The notes: generated by a model not told the origin, from the sequence alone. DNA of 64,000 nucleotides from a virus (IMGVR_UViG_3300045988_123515:1-64000); one strand, 5' to 3'; shown: positions 1 to 9,160, counted from the first letter of the stretch. Numbers and translations are program-made.

Positions 1-327
1 ATAAGAGAACAGAAGAAAGACATCCCGGAGATGGTAACCGTGTCATGTGATGAAATGGAACAGATTTTTGGATATTGCGGAGTTCCAGACGAGAAGTTGT
101 CGGATTTCAAAGAAAAGTGGGAAATGTATTTCAGCAATGAGCCTGTTGCTCTTGACAATATTCATAATTCAAAAACTGCAAAAATTGTAACAACAGATGC
201 AACAATCTGCATTCAGCCAGATAAAATCGCTCTGATTGAATTGAAAGAAATAAACGGCGTTCCATCTCTTGTGATTCCGGTAAATGGAGAGCTGAAAATC
301 AATGGAATTGAAGTTAAATTAAGATAA
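1..327 (+). CDS. hypothetical protein, 5' end outside window
   Basis: Frame is open from nt 1 through the listed Met (31) to the stop at 325-327. No motif recognised. Confidence 0.4.
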   Translation: MREQKKDIPEMVTVSCDEMEQIFGYCGVPDEKLSDFKEKWEMYFSNEPVALDNIHNSKTAKIVTTDATICIQPDKIALIELKEINGVPSLVIPVNGELKINGIEVKLR

Positions 328-369
328 ACACTTCTGAAAACACCCAAGACGGGAGATTGGATTAAAATA

Positions 370-870
370 TTGGCACAAAAAAGAATGTTTACAATGAAAA
401 TTGTTGATAGCGATCAATTTTTAAATATGTCAGTTGAGGCGCAATGTACATATTTCCATTTGTGTCTACGCTCAGATGATGATGGATATTTAAGAAGTTG
501 GAAACGCATAATTAGAATAATAGATGTAAAAGAAGAAACTATACATGAACTAATACATAATGGATATTTGGAAGAAAAATCTGAAAATGTGTATAAATTA
601 CCTCTATTCAGAGAAACAACAGGGTATGGTGAAAAATACAAACAAAGGCACACTAAAGAATACAAAAAATGGAGAAAAGATGTACTTAAAAGAGACAATT
701 ATATCTGTCAAATGTGTGGAAAATCAAATTCCAACATTGTACATCATAAAGTGAGGTTCAGAGACTGTTATGACGATAAAAATCTTGTTTATGATACAGA
801 AAACGGAGTTTGCTTGTGCAAAAGATGCCACAAAATAGCACATGGAGGAGGCAATTACATTAATGGCTAA
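370..870 (+). CDS. HNH endonuclease with N-terminal replication-protein-like domain
   Basis: TTG start. C-terminal CQMCG..HH..N..CLCKRCH matches the HNH beta-beta-alpha metal motif. The N-terminus (AQCTYFHLCLRSDDDGYL) resembles the wHTH N-termini of phage replication proteins. Confidence 0.7.
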   Translation: MAQKRMFTMKIVDSDQFLNMSVEAQCTYFHLCLRSDDDGYLRSWKRIIRIIDVKEETIHELIHNGYLEEKSENVYKLPLFRETTGYGEKYKQRHTKEYKKWRKDVLKRDNYICQMCGKSNSNIVHHKVRFRDCYDDKNLVYDTENGVCLCKRCHKIAHGGGNYING

Positions 871-1771
871 AGTAAGCTGGATTAAAATTGAGATTGAAAT
901 GTTTAGCAATCGAAAAATTAAGCAAATAAGGAAAATGCCAGAAGGAAACAATATTGTTCTTATTTGGGTAATGCTTTTGACAATGGCCGGTAGATGTAAT
1001 TCAAATGGAATTATTTTTCTCACCGAAAATATTCCATACACAACAAAAATGCTTGCAGATGAATTGGATTTTGAGGAAAGCATTATTCAATTAGCACTAA
1101 CAGTTCTGGAAAAGTTCGGGATGATTACCAGAGATTCTGAATTACTTTCTATTCCCGTCTGGGAAGAACATCAAAGTGCAGACGAATTAGAGAAAATACG
1201 AGATCAAAACAGAAAAAGGGTTGCGGAATATCGTGAACGTCAAAAAAATAAGGCCGCATTGCTTTGCAAGAAAGATGATGTAACGTTACAGAAACGTTAC
1301 AGTAACATTACTGTAACGGAACAGAATAAGAATAAAGATAAAGATTTAGAATTAGATTTAGAAAAAGAATTAGATATAGAGAAAGAAAAAAAAGTAAATG
1401 ATTTAATAGTATCTAAAGATACTATTTGTCAAAATGACATCCAACAAATAATCACCGAATGGAACAAACTGGAAGAATTTGGAATTGCACCTGTAAAGAG
1501 AATGACATCAAAACGTGAGCAGGCAGCGAAAGCCAGAATCCGTCAGAACCAGATGGAAGATATCTTAGAAGCCATTGAAAATATCCGGCACAGTAGTTTT
1601 CTGCAAGGGCAGAATAAGGATGGTTGGATGATTACATTTGACTGGTTTTTAAAACCTGGTAACTTTGCAAAAGTATTTGAAGGCAATTATCTGGATAAAT
1701 CTGGAAATAAGCCACAAAGCTACATGGAGAAAATCCAGAACAGGATAAGTGAGGTGGATAGCTGGGTATGA
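842..1771 (+). CDS. phage replisome organizer (origin-binding, SPP1 G38P-like)
   Basis: VSWIKIEIEMFSNRKIKQIR..GNNIVLIWVMLLTMAGR matches the replisome-organizer N-terminal domain. The likely true start is Met 863. The stop overlaps the next start (ATGA). Confidence 0.7.
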   Translation: MEEAITLMAKVSWIKIEIEMFSNRKIKQIRKMPEGNNIVLIWVMLLTMAGRCNSNGIIFLTENIPYTTKMLADELDFEESIIQLALTVLEKFGMITRDSELLSIPVWEEHQSADELEKIRDQNRKRVAEYRERQKNKAALLCKKDDVTLQKRYSNITVTEQNKNKDKDLELDLEKELDIEKEKKVNDLIVSKDTICQNDIQQIITEWNKLEEFGIAPVKRMTSKREQAAKARIRQNQMEDILEAIENIRHSSFLQGQNKDGWMITFDWFLKPGNFAKVFEGNYLDKSGNKPQSYMEKIQNRISEVDSWV

Positions 1772-2331
1772 CAAGGGAAGAATGGGGAATATTAGTAAAA
1801 GCGATGAAAGCCGTATACACTTCTCCGGCGTTTTTGCCGGATCAAGATGCCTTTGATACCTGGTATGGGCTTTTGAAAGACTTAGACTATAAATTACTTA
1901 GCTTTGGTCTGAAAAAGTACATGCAGACGGAAGAGAGAGAACCGACTATAGCTGCACTCAGAAGATGTGCTCAAAGTTTAATGCCCCAAAACAACGAGCT
2001 GAACGAAACGGAGGCATGGCACTTGGTATCAGTGGCAATCCGAAACTCTAGTTATCACGCAGAAGAGGAATTTGCAAAGTTACCACGGATACTACAGAAG
2101 ACTGTATCAAGTCCCGGCCAGTTAAGAGAATGGGCAACATCCGAAAATATAGATGGTTCTTGGATGAGTGTTACGCAGTCGAATTTCCAGAGAGCATACC
2201 GGGCAGAAGTACAAAGAGAGCGTGAACGGCAGAAACTTAGCCCGGATATATTGAAAATCATAGACCGGGCAAGAAAAGGAATTGAAAATCAAAACTCAAA
2301 TATGATTGAGGGGGGAATAGTAAATGATTGA
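1768..2331 (+). CDS. G39P-like helicase loader (putative)
   Basis: Lies directly after the replisome organizer. The N-terminal EEWGILVKAMKAVY..F..W pattern resembles the loader/inhibitor of G40P family. Confidence 0.5.
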   Translation: MTREEWGILVKAMKAVYTSPAFLPDQDAFDTWYGLLKDLDYKLLSFGLKKYMQTEEREPTIAALRRCAQSLMPQNNELNETEAWHLVSVAIRNSSYHAEEEFAKLPRILQKTVSSPGQLREWATSENIDGSWMSVTQSNFQRAYRAEVQRERERQKLSPDILKIIDRARKGIENQNSNMIEGGIVND

Positions 2332-2464
2332 GATAATCGGTGAAATTGGCCGTCCGGCCACAAAAGAAGAGATAAAACACTTTCTGCATGAGGATGCAGA
2401 TTGTGGAAAGAAGAATTGCGAGGAATCATGCGTATGCGCGAACGCAAGGCATGGGCAGAATTAA
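2324..2464 (+). CDS. small Cys-rich ORF (46 aa), below ORF-track cutoff
   Basis: The ATG overlaps the upstream stop (ATGATTGA). Translates to MIEIIGEIGRPATKEEIKHFLHEDADCGKKNCEESCVCANARHGQN. Competes with the 5' end of ORF 2401. Confidence 0.3.
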   Translation: MIEIIGEIGRPATKEEIKHFLHEDADCGKKNCEESCVCANARHGQN

Positions 2465-2694
2465 GACAGGCAGAAGTTGCTGCATTAAAGCGAAAACAAT
2501 GTTGTAAATGTGCGTACTTTTCGAGAAATGGAACTACAGATTTACTAAATGCTACGTGTGATTACATTTTGGATGAAGTGCGTAACCCAAAAGGGCATAG
2601 ACGACCATGTGAACCAAGGGATTGCGTTGAAAAAGGCGTATTCATCCCGAAGAAGAAAGATAAAAGAAAGCGGAGGAAGAAGATTGCAATATGA
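2401..2694 (+). CDS. hypothetical Cys-containing basic protein
   Basis: ORF track. The likely real start is ATG 2428 or 2434, after GAGGAA. Has a K/R-rich C-terminus. Confidence 0.45.
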   Translation: MWKEELRGIMRMRERKAWAELRQAEVAALKRKQCCKCAYFSRNGTTDLLNATCDYILDEVRNPKGHRRPCEPRDCVEKGVFIPKKKDKRKRRKKIAI

Positions 2695-2906
2695 TGAAGA
2701 TTGCAGAAATGTATAAACGGTCAGGCGGTACTGATTATACTCACAGATGTTTAGAATGCAGATCGTTTTTGCAAGGAAAGAAAGCCACCTGCTTGAAATA
2801 TCCAGGAGAAATACTGTGGAAGGGAACCTATACAGCGTGTAGGTTTTTTGAAACAGAGGATGAAGAACAGTTGAGAGGGCAAATGAATATTTTTGATTTG
2901 CTGTGA
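2691..2906 (+). CDS. hypothetical small Cys-containing protein
   Basis: ORF track; ATGA overlap with the upstream gene. Confidence 0.45.
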   Translation: MMKIAEMYKRSGGTDYTHRCLECRSFLQGKKATCLKYPGEILWKGTYTACRFFETEDEEQLRGQMNIFDLL

Positions 2907-3023
2907 ATTAAAGTAATTGATTGCGCAAAAACTTCCAGAATCAATTTTAATCGGTTAAGTGGACAACTGTTAGGGAAGCATTAAAAGAACGCAAATTAGA
3001 CCCAAATATCAAAGGAGAATCAC

Positions 3024-3131
3024 ATGGAGAAAGTTGTGTTATATGTCATCAACGAAAGATTGTACCGACTTGGACTTGTTGATGAGAAAACCAGAGATAA
3101 AATTAAAGCGGAAATAAATGTAAAAAAGTAG
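3024..3131 (+). CDS. small ORF (35 aa) upstream of serine recombinase
   Basis: An AAAGGAGA RBS sits 6 nt before the ATG. Translates to MEKVVLYVINERLYRLGLVDEKTRDKIKAEINVKK. Function unknown. Confidence 0.35.
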   Translation: MEKVVLYVINERLYRLGLVDEKTRDKIKAEINVKK

Positions 3132-3176
3132 AATAATAATGTTGAGTGGAGTTGTGCTGAGGTGGTATACTTAACA

Positions 3177-3189
3177 TGATTCCACTCCC
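3177..3189. repeat. left arm of 13-bp perfect inverted repeat bracketing the serine recombinase gene
   Basis: TGATTCCACTCCC is the exact reverse complement of GGGAGTGGAATCA at 4930-4942. Confidence 0.8.
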
Positions 3190-3210
3190 TTATCAATAGG
3201 GGGAAATAAA

Positions 3211-4920
3211 ATGAATATTTATTACGCTAGGGAACAATTAAGGAATTGCTCAATTTACGATCTAAAAATGAATGTGGCTTATTATGCCAGGGTTTCTACT
3301 GAAAAAATAGAACAGCAGGTTTCAATCAAACACCAGGAAGAACATTTTGAAGAATTGATTCGTAATAATCATCAATGGTTTTTGGCCGGAGCCTACATTG
3401 ACGATGGTATTTCAGGAATCCATACGGAAAAGCGAGAAGAGTTTCAACGGATGCTTCGAGATGCTAAGCTAGGTAAAATCGACATGATAATCACGAAAGA
3501 GATATCAAGATTTGCCAGAAACACTCTTGATAGTATTCAGTACACCAGGGAATTGTTGTCTTATGGTGTATGTGTATGGTTCCAAAATGACGGAATTAAT
3601 ACTATTGACGAAGATAGCGAACTCAGATTGACAATTATGGCTGGAGTGGCACAGGATGAAATCAGAAAGCTATCCTCAAGAATAAAATTCGGTCATGCGC
3701 AGTCAATCAAAAATGGTGTTGTACTTGGACACCGGATGTACGGATACTCAAACGATAAGGGGAAACTTTCTATTGTTCCAGAGGAAGCTGATATGGTGAG
3801 AATGATATTCCGTGATTATGCTTCCGGGATAACAACTCCACAGATTGAAAAAAAGCTGTGGGATATGGGGTATCGAAGCTTAAAAGGCAAAAAGATAGAC
3901 CGAAACGTTATTAAAAGCATCATCAAAAATCCAAAGTACAAAGGTTATTTTTGCGGCGGAAAGGTCAAAATTGTTGACATGTTTACCAAAAAGCAAGAAT
4001 TTTTACCTCAATCCGAATGGGTCATGTTTAAAGATGATGGATCCAGAGTGCCACAGATTATTGATGAGAGAACCTGGGAAAAGGCAAACACCTACATGCG
4101 AGAGCGTGGCGATGCAATAAGATCCAGAAAAACATCTTTTAAGCAGGAGAATATATTTACTGGGAAATTAATATGTGCCAATGATGGAGCGCATTACTGG
4201 CTGAAACGTCATTGTATTCACAAAAAAGAAGATGCTAGGTGGGTGTGTAGCCACAAAATAAGGAATGGAGCAAATTCCTGCAATTCTTTTGGCCTGTCAG
4301 AAGCGGAATTGCAAGTAATTATTGCAAATCTGATAAACAAGTCAATTGAAAATATAGACCAGATTCTCCAAAAATATTTTGAAATTCTGAAATCCATTAT
4401 AGACAATCGACCCGATAATCTGGATGAAATAAAACGGCTCGAAAGGCAAATTGACACGTTGAAACTAAAGCGTGAAAAAATACTTGAGTACAATTTGAGT
4501 GGAGACATATCTGATGGTGAATTTGTTTCCAGGAACAAAGAGTATGTAAATCAAATCAAGGAAACCGAAAAGCGTATTTTTGATTTGCAAAATGCCAAGG
4601 AACCAGAGCCGATTGACAATCAGATTGATGCTATAAAAAAGCAGTTGGAAAAGTTCAAAGGCATTGTTCCTGACGATGTAAACAGGTTGGTTGTCGATGA
4701 ACTTTTCGATAAAATTTTGGTTGAGCCGTTGGATGGATCATGCCTCTTGTCGTTTTATTTGAAAGACGGAAGCGTTGAAAAATGGGGGTTTCCCTTGCGT
4801 TGTTCCGATAGTATGAAATTAAATATATTCCCAGAACAACACACGATATTTAGTAGAAATAATTGCATTAAGACACAAGATGTTGTATTGTATAATTATA
4901 CGTACAAATTAGCACTGTAA
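3211..4920 (+). CDS. large serine recombinase (integrase-type)
   Basis: The N-terminal resolvase domain is present (YARVSTEKIEQQ.. with the catalytic Ser, DDGISG, SRFARN). It is followed by a recombinase domain, a Cys cluster (CANDG..C..C..C) and a coiled coil. Length 569 aa. Confidence 0.9.
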   Translation: MNIYYAREQLRNCSIYDLKMNVAYYARVSTEKIEQQVSIKHQEEHFEELIRNNHQWFLAGAYIDDGISGIHTEKREEFQRMLRDAKLGKIDMIITKEISRFARNTLDSIQYTRELLSYGVCVWFQNDGINTIDEDSELRLTIMAGVAQDEIRKLSSRIKFGHAQSIKNGVVLGHRMYGYSNDKGKLSIVPEEADMVRMIFRDYASGITTPQIEKKLWDMGYRSLKGKKIDRNVIKSIIKNPKYKGYFCGGKVKIVDMFTKKQEFLPQSEWVMFKDDGSRVPQIIDERTWEKANTYMRERGDAIRSRKTSFKQENIFTGKLICANDGAHYWLKRHCIHKKEDARWVCSHKIRNGANSCNSFGLSEAELQVIIANLINKSIENIDQILQKYFEILKSIIDNRPDNLDEIKRLERQIDTLKLKREKILEYNLSGDISDGEFVSRNKEYVNQIKETEKRIFDLQNAKEPEPIDNQIDAIKKQLEKFKGIVPDDVNRLVVDELFDKILVEPLDGSCLLSFYLKDGSVEKWGFPLRCSDSMKLNIFPEQHTIFSRNNCIKTQDVVLYNYTYKLAL

Positions 4921-4929
4921 ATGAATTTT

Positions 4930-4942
4930 GGGAGTGGAATCA
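4930..4942. repeat. right arm of 13-bp inverted repeat
   Basis: GGGAGTGGAATCA. It also serves as the RBS region of the DUF4417 gene. Confidence 0.8.
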
Positions 4943-5593
4943 ATGATACACACAGCTTATGACGTAATGAAAGAGTTTTTGATAACAGATTCAGAGCCGG
5001 CAGGACAGTACAATATTCCTAAAATTCCAAGAACATACATCACACCTGGAATAGATACTGTGGACTTTGCCGAAAGCTTCAGTAAGAAAATTAAGAACCA
5101 CCGAGAACTGGATGTGAATTTTTATATTGATGATGTACAATTTCAAAGGGTGTGGAATTATCCGGATAAATACCTGGAACATTTAAAGTGTTTCCATGCG
5201 GTAATTATGCCGGATTTTAGCATATCTGTAGGTAATAATGGAATGCCGCTTGCAATGTGCTTATGGAACAAATATCGTAATCATGCACTGGCACATTATA
5301 TGATCCTGAACGGCATACAGGTTATTCCAAGTGTGAATATACTACCAGAGTATTGTTGGGATTGGTGCTTTGATGGTTTGCCGGAAAGAAGTACAGTTGC
5401 CTGCTGCACAAACGGAAGAATAAAGAGCAAAGCATCACGCATAGAATTTTGCCAAGGTTTCAAGGAAATGGAATACAGATTAAAGCCAATCAGAGTTATT
5501 ATTGTTGGAAGAGTACCGGAAGAATTAGAAACAGATGTAGAAATTATTAATTTCAAGACCAGGAATCAGAAAATAAATGATGGAGGTATATAG
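4943..5593 (+). CDS. DUF4417-family protein
   Basis: FYIDDVQFQRVWNYPDKY..PDFS..MPLAMCLWNKYRN..NGIQVIP..CFDGLPERSTVA matches my recollection of the DUF4417 signature. ATG 4943 follows GGGAGTGGA; the ORF track uses TTG 4928. Confidence 0.7.
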   Translation: MIHTAYDVMKEFLITDSEPAGQYNIPKIPRTYITPGIDTVDFAESFSKKIKNHRELDVNFYIDDVQFQRVWNYPDKYLEHLKCFHAVIMPDFSISVGNNGMPLAMCLWNKYRNHALAHYMILNGIQVIPSVNILPEYCWDWCFDGLPERSTVACCTNGRIKSKASRIEFCQGFKEMEYRLKPIRVIIVGRVPEELETDVEIINFKTRNQKINDGGI

Positions 5594-5739
5594 ATGGGAA
5601 CAACAACTGACAATTATCAGAGGAAGAAGAAACTCTCAAAGTCACAGATTGAGCGAACAGAGCGATTAATGAAATCTTCTCAGAGGAGAAGATACGGAAC
5701 CAGGAAGAAAGATGGAATTAATAAATTGTAAATTTTCAC

Positions 5740-6700
5740 GATTCAGAACTTTACGCTACAGAAATATTTGTGTAAAAATTCGTTTTCAAAATGGGAGGGA
5801 AAAATCGGCATGTGTTTTTCTACTCCCTAATTTTTTATCTTGCCCTTGCGTTCTGTGTTTTCGCCGGTTTGAATCTCGATTTTACACTTGTTGTAAATGT
5901 CCGGGGCATTGCTGGCACTTGCATTAATTGAGCGCTAAAAACTTGATATATCACCAGGCAGCAGACCACCGGCAACAATACCACCACCGGGAACGCTGGC
6001 AGAGTGCAAACAAGCTAAAAAGCAGCTACAAAAACCGGATCAGAACCGCAACCGGGCACAATTTTACACCCCTGTACATATGCGCCAGCTTCAGCGAGCC
6101 ACCAGGCGCACGGATAGAACGCACGCACCCCGAGAACAACCCCGGAAGCTGCAAGCGATCAACAACGGCATTATTACATACATGCATAATAATATATACC
6201 AGGACGCGCACAAAATGCAATTATAACGCTTTCAGATGTTGGAGCAATAAATATTACATACACGCATACCGGTAGCCGTAAAACGCCAATTACAAGCCCA
6301 CAAAGGCAATAAACCGGCACCAGCTGCACAAACTACCAGAAAAACAGCGTGTAAAAACGGTACACAAATAAAACCGCCCGAAGCGATCCAGAATAAATGC
6401 AGCCGCAAACCTGGACAGAATCCAAGCTAAAGCTGGACGATGATATATATAATCATCATACCGCTATTATAACGTGCCGTCAATCCCTTGTTATTGATTG
6501 CTCAAAATTAATTTAAACGGTCTAAAAATGTGCAATCGGTAAAATATACCATCAAGGCATAAAAAGCCAATAAAACCATTATAAGTGCTTATAAATCGTT
6601 ATGTAGTTGCCAAAGTGCAATATGCCAGGGCACAATATACCCGGCAAGCCCTGCACGGGTCACGAACCACCGCCGCCCGGAGCGGATGCAGGGCAGCAAG
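5740..6700. other. about 1-kb non-coding region with strand-asymmetric (A+C-rich on + strand) composition
   Basis: No credible ORF in any frame; the track ORFs at 5712, 5928 and 6026 translate to low-complexity nonsense. A GC-rich hairpin GCCCTGCA(6648-6655)/TGCAGGGC(6687-6694) abuts the stop of the leftward gene. Confidence 0.5.
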
Positions 6701-7117
6701 TCAAAAAATAATTTCCTTTAATTTTTGTGGTGTAATATTATCAAGTATATCATAGATATATGTTTTTAATAAAATAGTATGTTCACTTAAAAAATAATCT
6801 GCGAAGCTTTCTAAATCTTCGCCGAATGATTTTTTATTAATATTATAAAACTGGTCTATTAAAGTGTTTTCCAGTTCGCCCGCTAAGTCATCATATACAG
6901 ATATATCATATTTTCCAACACCTTGTATATAATCATGCTGGCCTGTATATAGTGAGCCTAATACAATATTTTTTGGATCTTCGGCCGATAACTTACTTAT
7001 ACATTGCATAATGTCAACTTTTTTGCCGGAATCGTCAAAGACTGCATAAGTATTAAAATAGTTGTATATCTCTTTTTTTACAACATTTTCCCATTCGTTA
7101 ATATTTATTTTTTCCAT
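6701..7117 (-). CDS. hypothetical acidic protein
   Basis: ORF track. D/E-rich with no TM segment. It is the last gene of the leftward cassette. Confidence 0.55.
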   Translation of the reverse strand: MEKININEWENVVKKEIYNYFNTYAVFDDSGKKVDIMQCISKLSAEDPKNIVLGSLYTGQHDYIQGVGKYDISVYDDLAGELENTLIDQFYNINKKSFGEDLESFADYFLSEHTILLKTYIYDILDNITPQKLKEIIF

Positions 7118-7223
7118 TTTTTATGTCCTCCATTTTACTATTACTAATGTAACATTTTAAAACAAAAATATAAAGTTTTTTAAATAAAACAAGCGCAGGG
7201 CACGACAAAAAGAGCAGCGTTTT

Positions 7224-7604
7224 TTACTGCTCTAAATAATTTATATTCGCAATCCGGGGCAAGTCCCGGAAGAACTCCCGGAAGCCGTCAGTTATATTAT
7301 ACTGCCGGTCTGATGTTGGAATTACACGCCCGTCTTTTATCTCCATGCAAGACAGTTGCAAAAAGCCGGGATTTTTAGTTGATCTATGCAGGGCATACCG
7401 TAGGAACGACACAGCCCCAGACTGACAGCGAACCGGCGGCAAGTCGTACCAGATCAGCGGAACGGAACCGGAAGCAACGGCATTAAATACTTGTCTAGCG
7501 TCCTTTTCTGCTGATTCTTCAATTTTATCAACTTCGGAGAAGTCGCCGCTTTTTATGGCTTCAATAGTCTGTTTTGGCGTTGGTTTTATAATTCTATCTA
7601 TCAT
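7224..7604 (-). CDS. hypothetical protein
   Basis: ORF track; same strand and spacing as its neighbours. Confidence 0.5.
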   Translation of the reverse strand: MIDRIIKPTPKQTIEAIKSGDFSEVDKIEESAEKDARQVFNAVASGSVPLIWYDLPPVRCQSGAVSFLRYALHRSTKNPGFLQLSCMEIKDGRVIPTSDRQYNITDGFREFFRDLPRIANINYLEQ

Positions 7605-7664
7605 ATAAAAGCCCCTTTCTGATTAGAAAAACAGGCGGGAAAGCCCCGCCCGGAATTGTTTTAT

Positions 7665-7868
7665 TTAGTTCAAACAAGCATTTATTTCTTTTTTCAGATG
7701 TGGAAACGCTTCACAGATTTCTTGCACGCTGTCAGCGTAATAATCACCAACCATTTTACCGAAAATTCTAATATTACCAGAATAAAAACAGCCTAAATCA
7801 TTAAACTGAATATCTAGCCCGGTTGCTTGCTCTTTTTTATTATTGTACCACATGTCTATTTTAATCAT
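7665..7868 (-). CDS. hypothetical small protein
   Basis: ORF track; a GGAGGGC RBS lies upstream on the - strand. Confidence 0.45.
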   Translation of the reverse strand: MIKIDMWYNNKKEQATGLDIQFNDLGCFYSGNIRIFGKMVGDYYADSVQEICEAFPHLKKEINACLN

Positions 7869-7921
7869 TGTATAGCCCTCCTTTTTTATGCAGCTATTGA
7901 AAAATATTGCGTGGTCTCCTG

Positions 7922-8329
7922 TTATTTTGCTGCATTCTTTTCTAGTTCTCTATACAGAAGATAAACGGATCTTTTTTCTGCCTGTTCGTCTGTAAAACGC
8001 TGCTTTTCTTCTTCGGTTTCGTCCAGAAGATCGCCCAGGAAATCAACGGCACTATGTAAAAAAATATCATCAGCAACCGGAAAAGCTGTCGGCAGTCCCT
8101 GCATCCAATCCATAAATAAATCTGCTTTGCTAATACGTCCGGCTTTATATCTGTTATCAAGATGCAATTTTTCAATGTAAAACATGTTTAAAATATCTTT
8201 ACAAATTTCATTATATTCTGTTTTCATTGCGCCGCCGTCAAATGTATAATATTCCTCAGCTGCTTCATAACTGTCCATGATAACCTTTTTAATTTTATTC
8301 ATAACTTCTTTTGAATTTGTTTTTAACAT
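7922..8329 (-). CDS. hypothetical protein
   Basis: ORF track; first gene of the leftward cassette. The overlapping 7942..8175 ORF is taken as a shadow. Confidence 0.5.
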   Translation of the reverse strand: MLKTNSKEVMNKIKKVIMDSYEAAEEYYTFDGGAMKTEYNEICKDILNMFYIEKLHLDNRYKAGRISKADLFMDWMQGLPTAFPVADDIFLHSAVDFLGDLLDETEEEKQRFTDEQAEKRSVYLLYRELEKNAAK

Positions 8330-8462
8330 TGCTTTTTACCTTTGCCCCTGTTATAATGGGGCTACCTTTCATTTTTTTTGTTAGGTGCCGGTTGTGCGTC
8401 TTGGTAGGATTACAACCGGCTTTTTTATTTCCTCTTTACAGTTATTATAATACATTAATTTT

Positions 8463-8540
8463 AATGTAAATGCAATATACAAATACACCAAATATAATGT
8501 AATTTACAATATGGTAATTTGTGCATTATTTCTAATGTAA
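8463..8540. promoter_or_regulatory. three direct AATGTAA boxes upstream of HTH gene
   Basis: AATGTAA occurs at 8463, 8496 and 8534. Further copies lie after the gene at 8839, 8860 (inverted, TTACATT) and 8873 (variant). Confidence 0.4.
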
Positions 8541-8612
8541 AAATACTTGCAAAATGAAAGATCTAAATATATAATGAAAATATATAAGTAAGCCAAAAGG
8601 AGGAAAAAATAA

Positions 8613-8825
8613 ATGCTGGTATATAAAATAGATGTTCTCGAAACATTGAAAGAAGCTGGATATAATACCGGAAAATTGAGAAAAGAAAAATTACTAGGGG
8701 AAAACGCAATTCAGGCATTACGAAAAAATGAAATGGTAGGGATTAAGGCATTAGATAAGATCTGTACTATATTAGACATACAGCCGGGAAACGTGATTAA
8801 ATATGTAGAGACAGAAAAAAGATAA
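8613..8825 (+). CDS. small HTH DNA-binding protein (XRE/YozG-like)
   Basis: 70 aa. LKEAGYNTGKLRKEKLLGENAIQALRKNEMVGIKALDKICTILDIQPGNV looks like an HTH_26-type motif. Strong AAAGGAGG RBS. Confidence 0.65.
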   Translation: MLVYKIDVLETLKEAGYNTGKLRKEKLLGENAIQALRKNEMVGIKALDKICTILDIQPGNVIKYVETEKR

Positions 8826-8853
8826 AAACATTGAAAATAATGTAAAAATAGTG

Positions 8854-8882
8854 TTGACATTACATTATAAATAATGTATAAT
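8854..8882 (+). promoter_or_regulatory. consensus sigma-70-type promoter
   Basis: TTGACA (8854-8859), a 17-nt spacer, then TATAAT (8877-8882). It lies upstream of gene 8945. Confidence 0.6.
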
Positions 8883-8944
8883 AAAGACAGTTAAAGAAGA
8901 CAAGCACAAAGCCCCAGACGGGGCGGATCAGGAGGAAAAAGAAC

Positions 8945-9160
8945 ATGGAAAGATTTGAATTGAAACAAGTAGCAAAGAACGATCCCGAGGCTATAGGGAC
9001 GGCAGTAATAACAACCGCTTCCTTGAGCGGGACGGATGCCCAGAAAGATGCTTTTGTGTCTTCTCTGGGGGCTGACTGGGAGCCGATCCCGGAAGAACTG
9101 TTGAGCGGGCAGAATTTTATTAATTTTGCTAGAGCATGCGAAGGGGGAAATCAAAAATGA
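8945..9160 (+). CDS. hypothetical protein
   Basis: ORF track; GGAGGAAAAAG RBS. Confidence 0.5.
   Translation: MERFELKQVAKNDPEAIGTAVITTASLSGTDAQKDAFVSSLGADWEPIPEELLSGQNFINFARACEGGNQK

Noticed and set aside
5712-6275. Track ORFs 5712..5927, 5928..6275 and 6026..6220(-)
   Set aside because: They translate to implausible Cys/Arg/His/Thr-rich strings, have no RBS, and sit in the compositionally skewed non-coding region.
8388-8430. Hairpin GCCGGTTGT/ACAACCGGC plus T-run as a terminator
   Set aside because: The T-run is on the + strand, but no + strand gene ends upstream of it. It may be a bidirectional or regulatory structure for the leftward operon's 5' region, so I did not call it a terminator.
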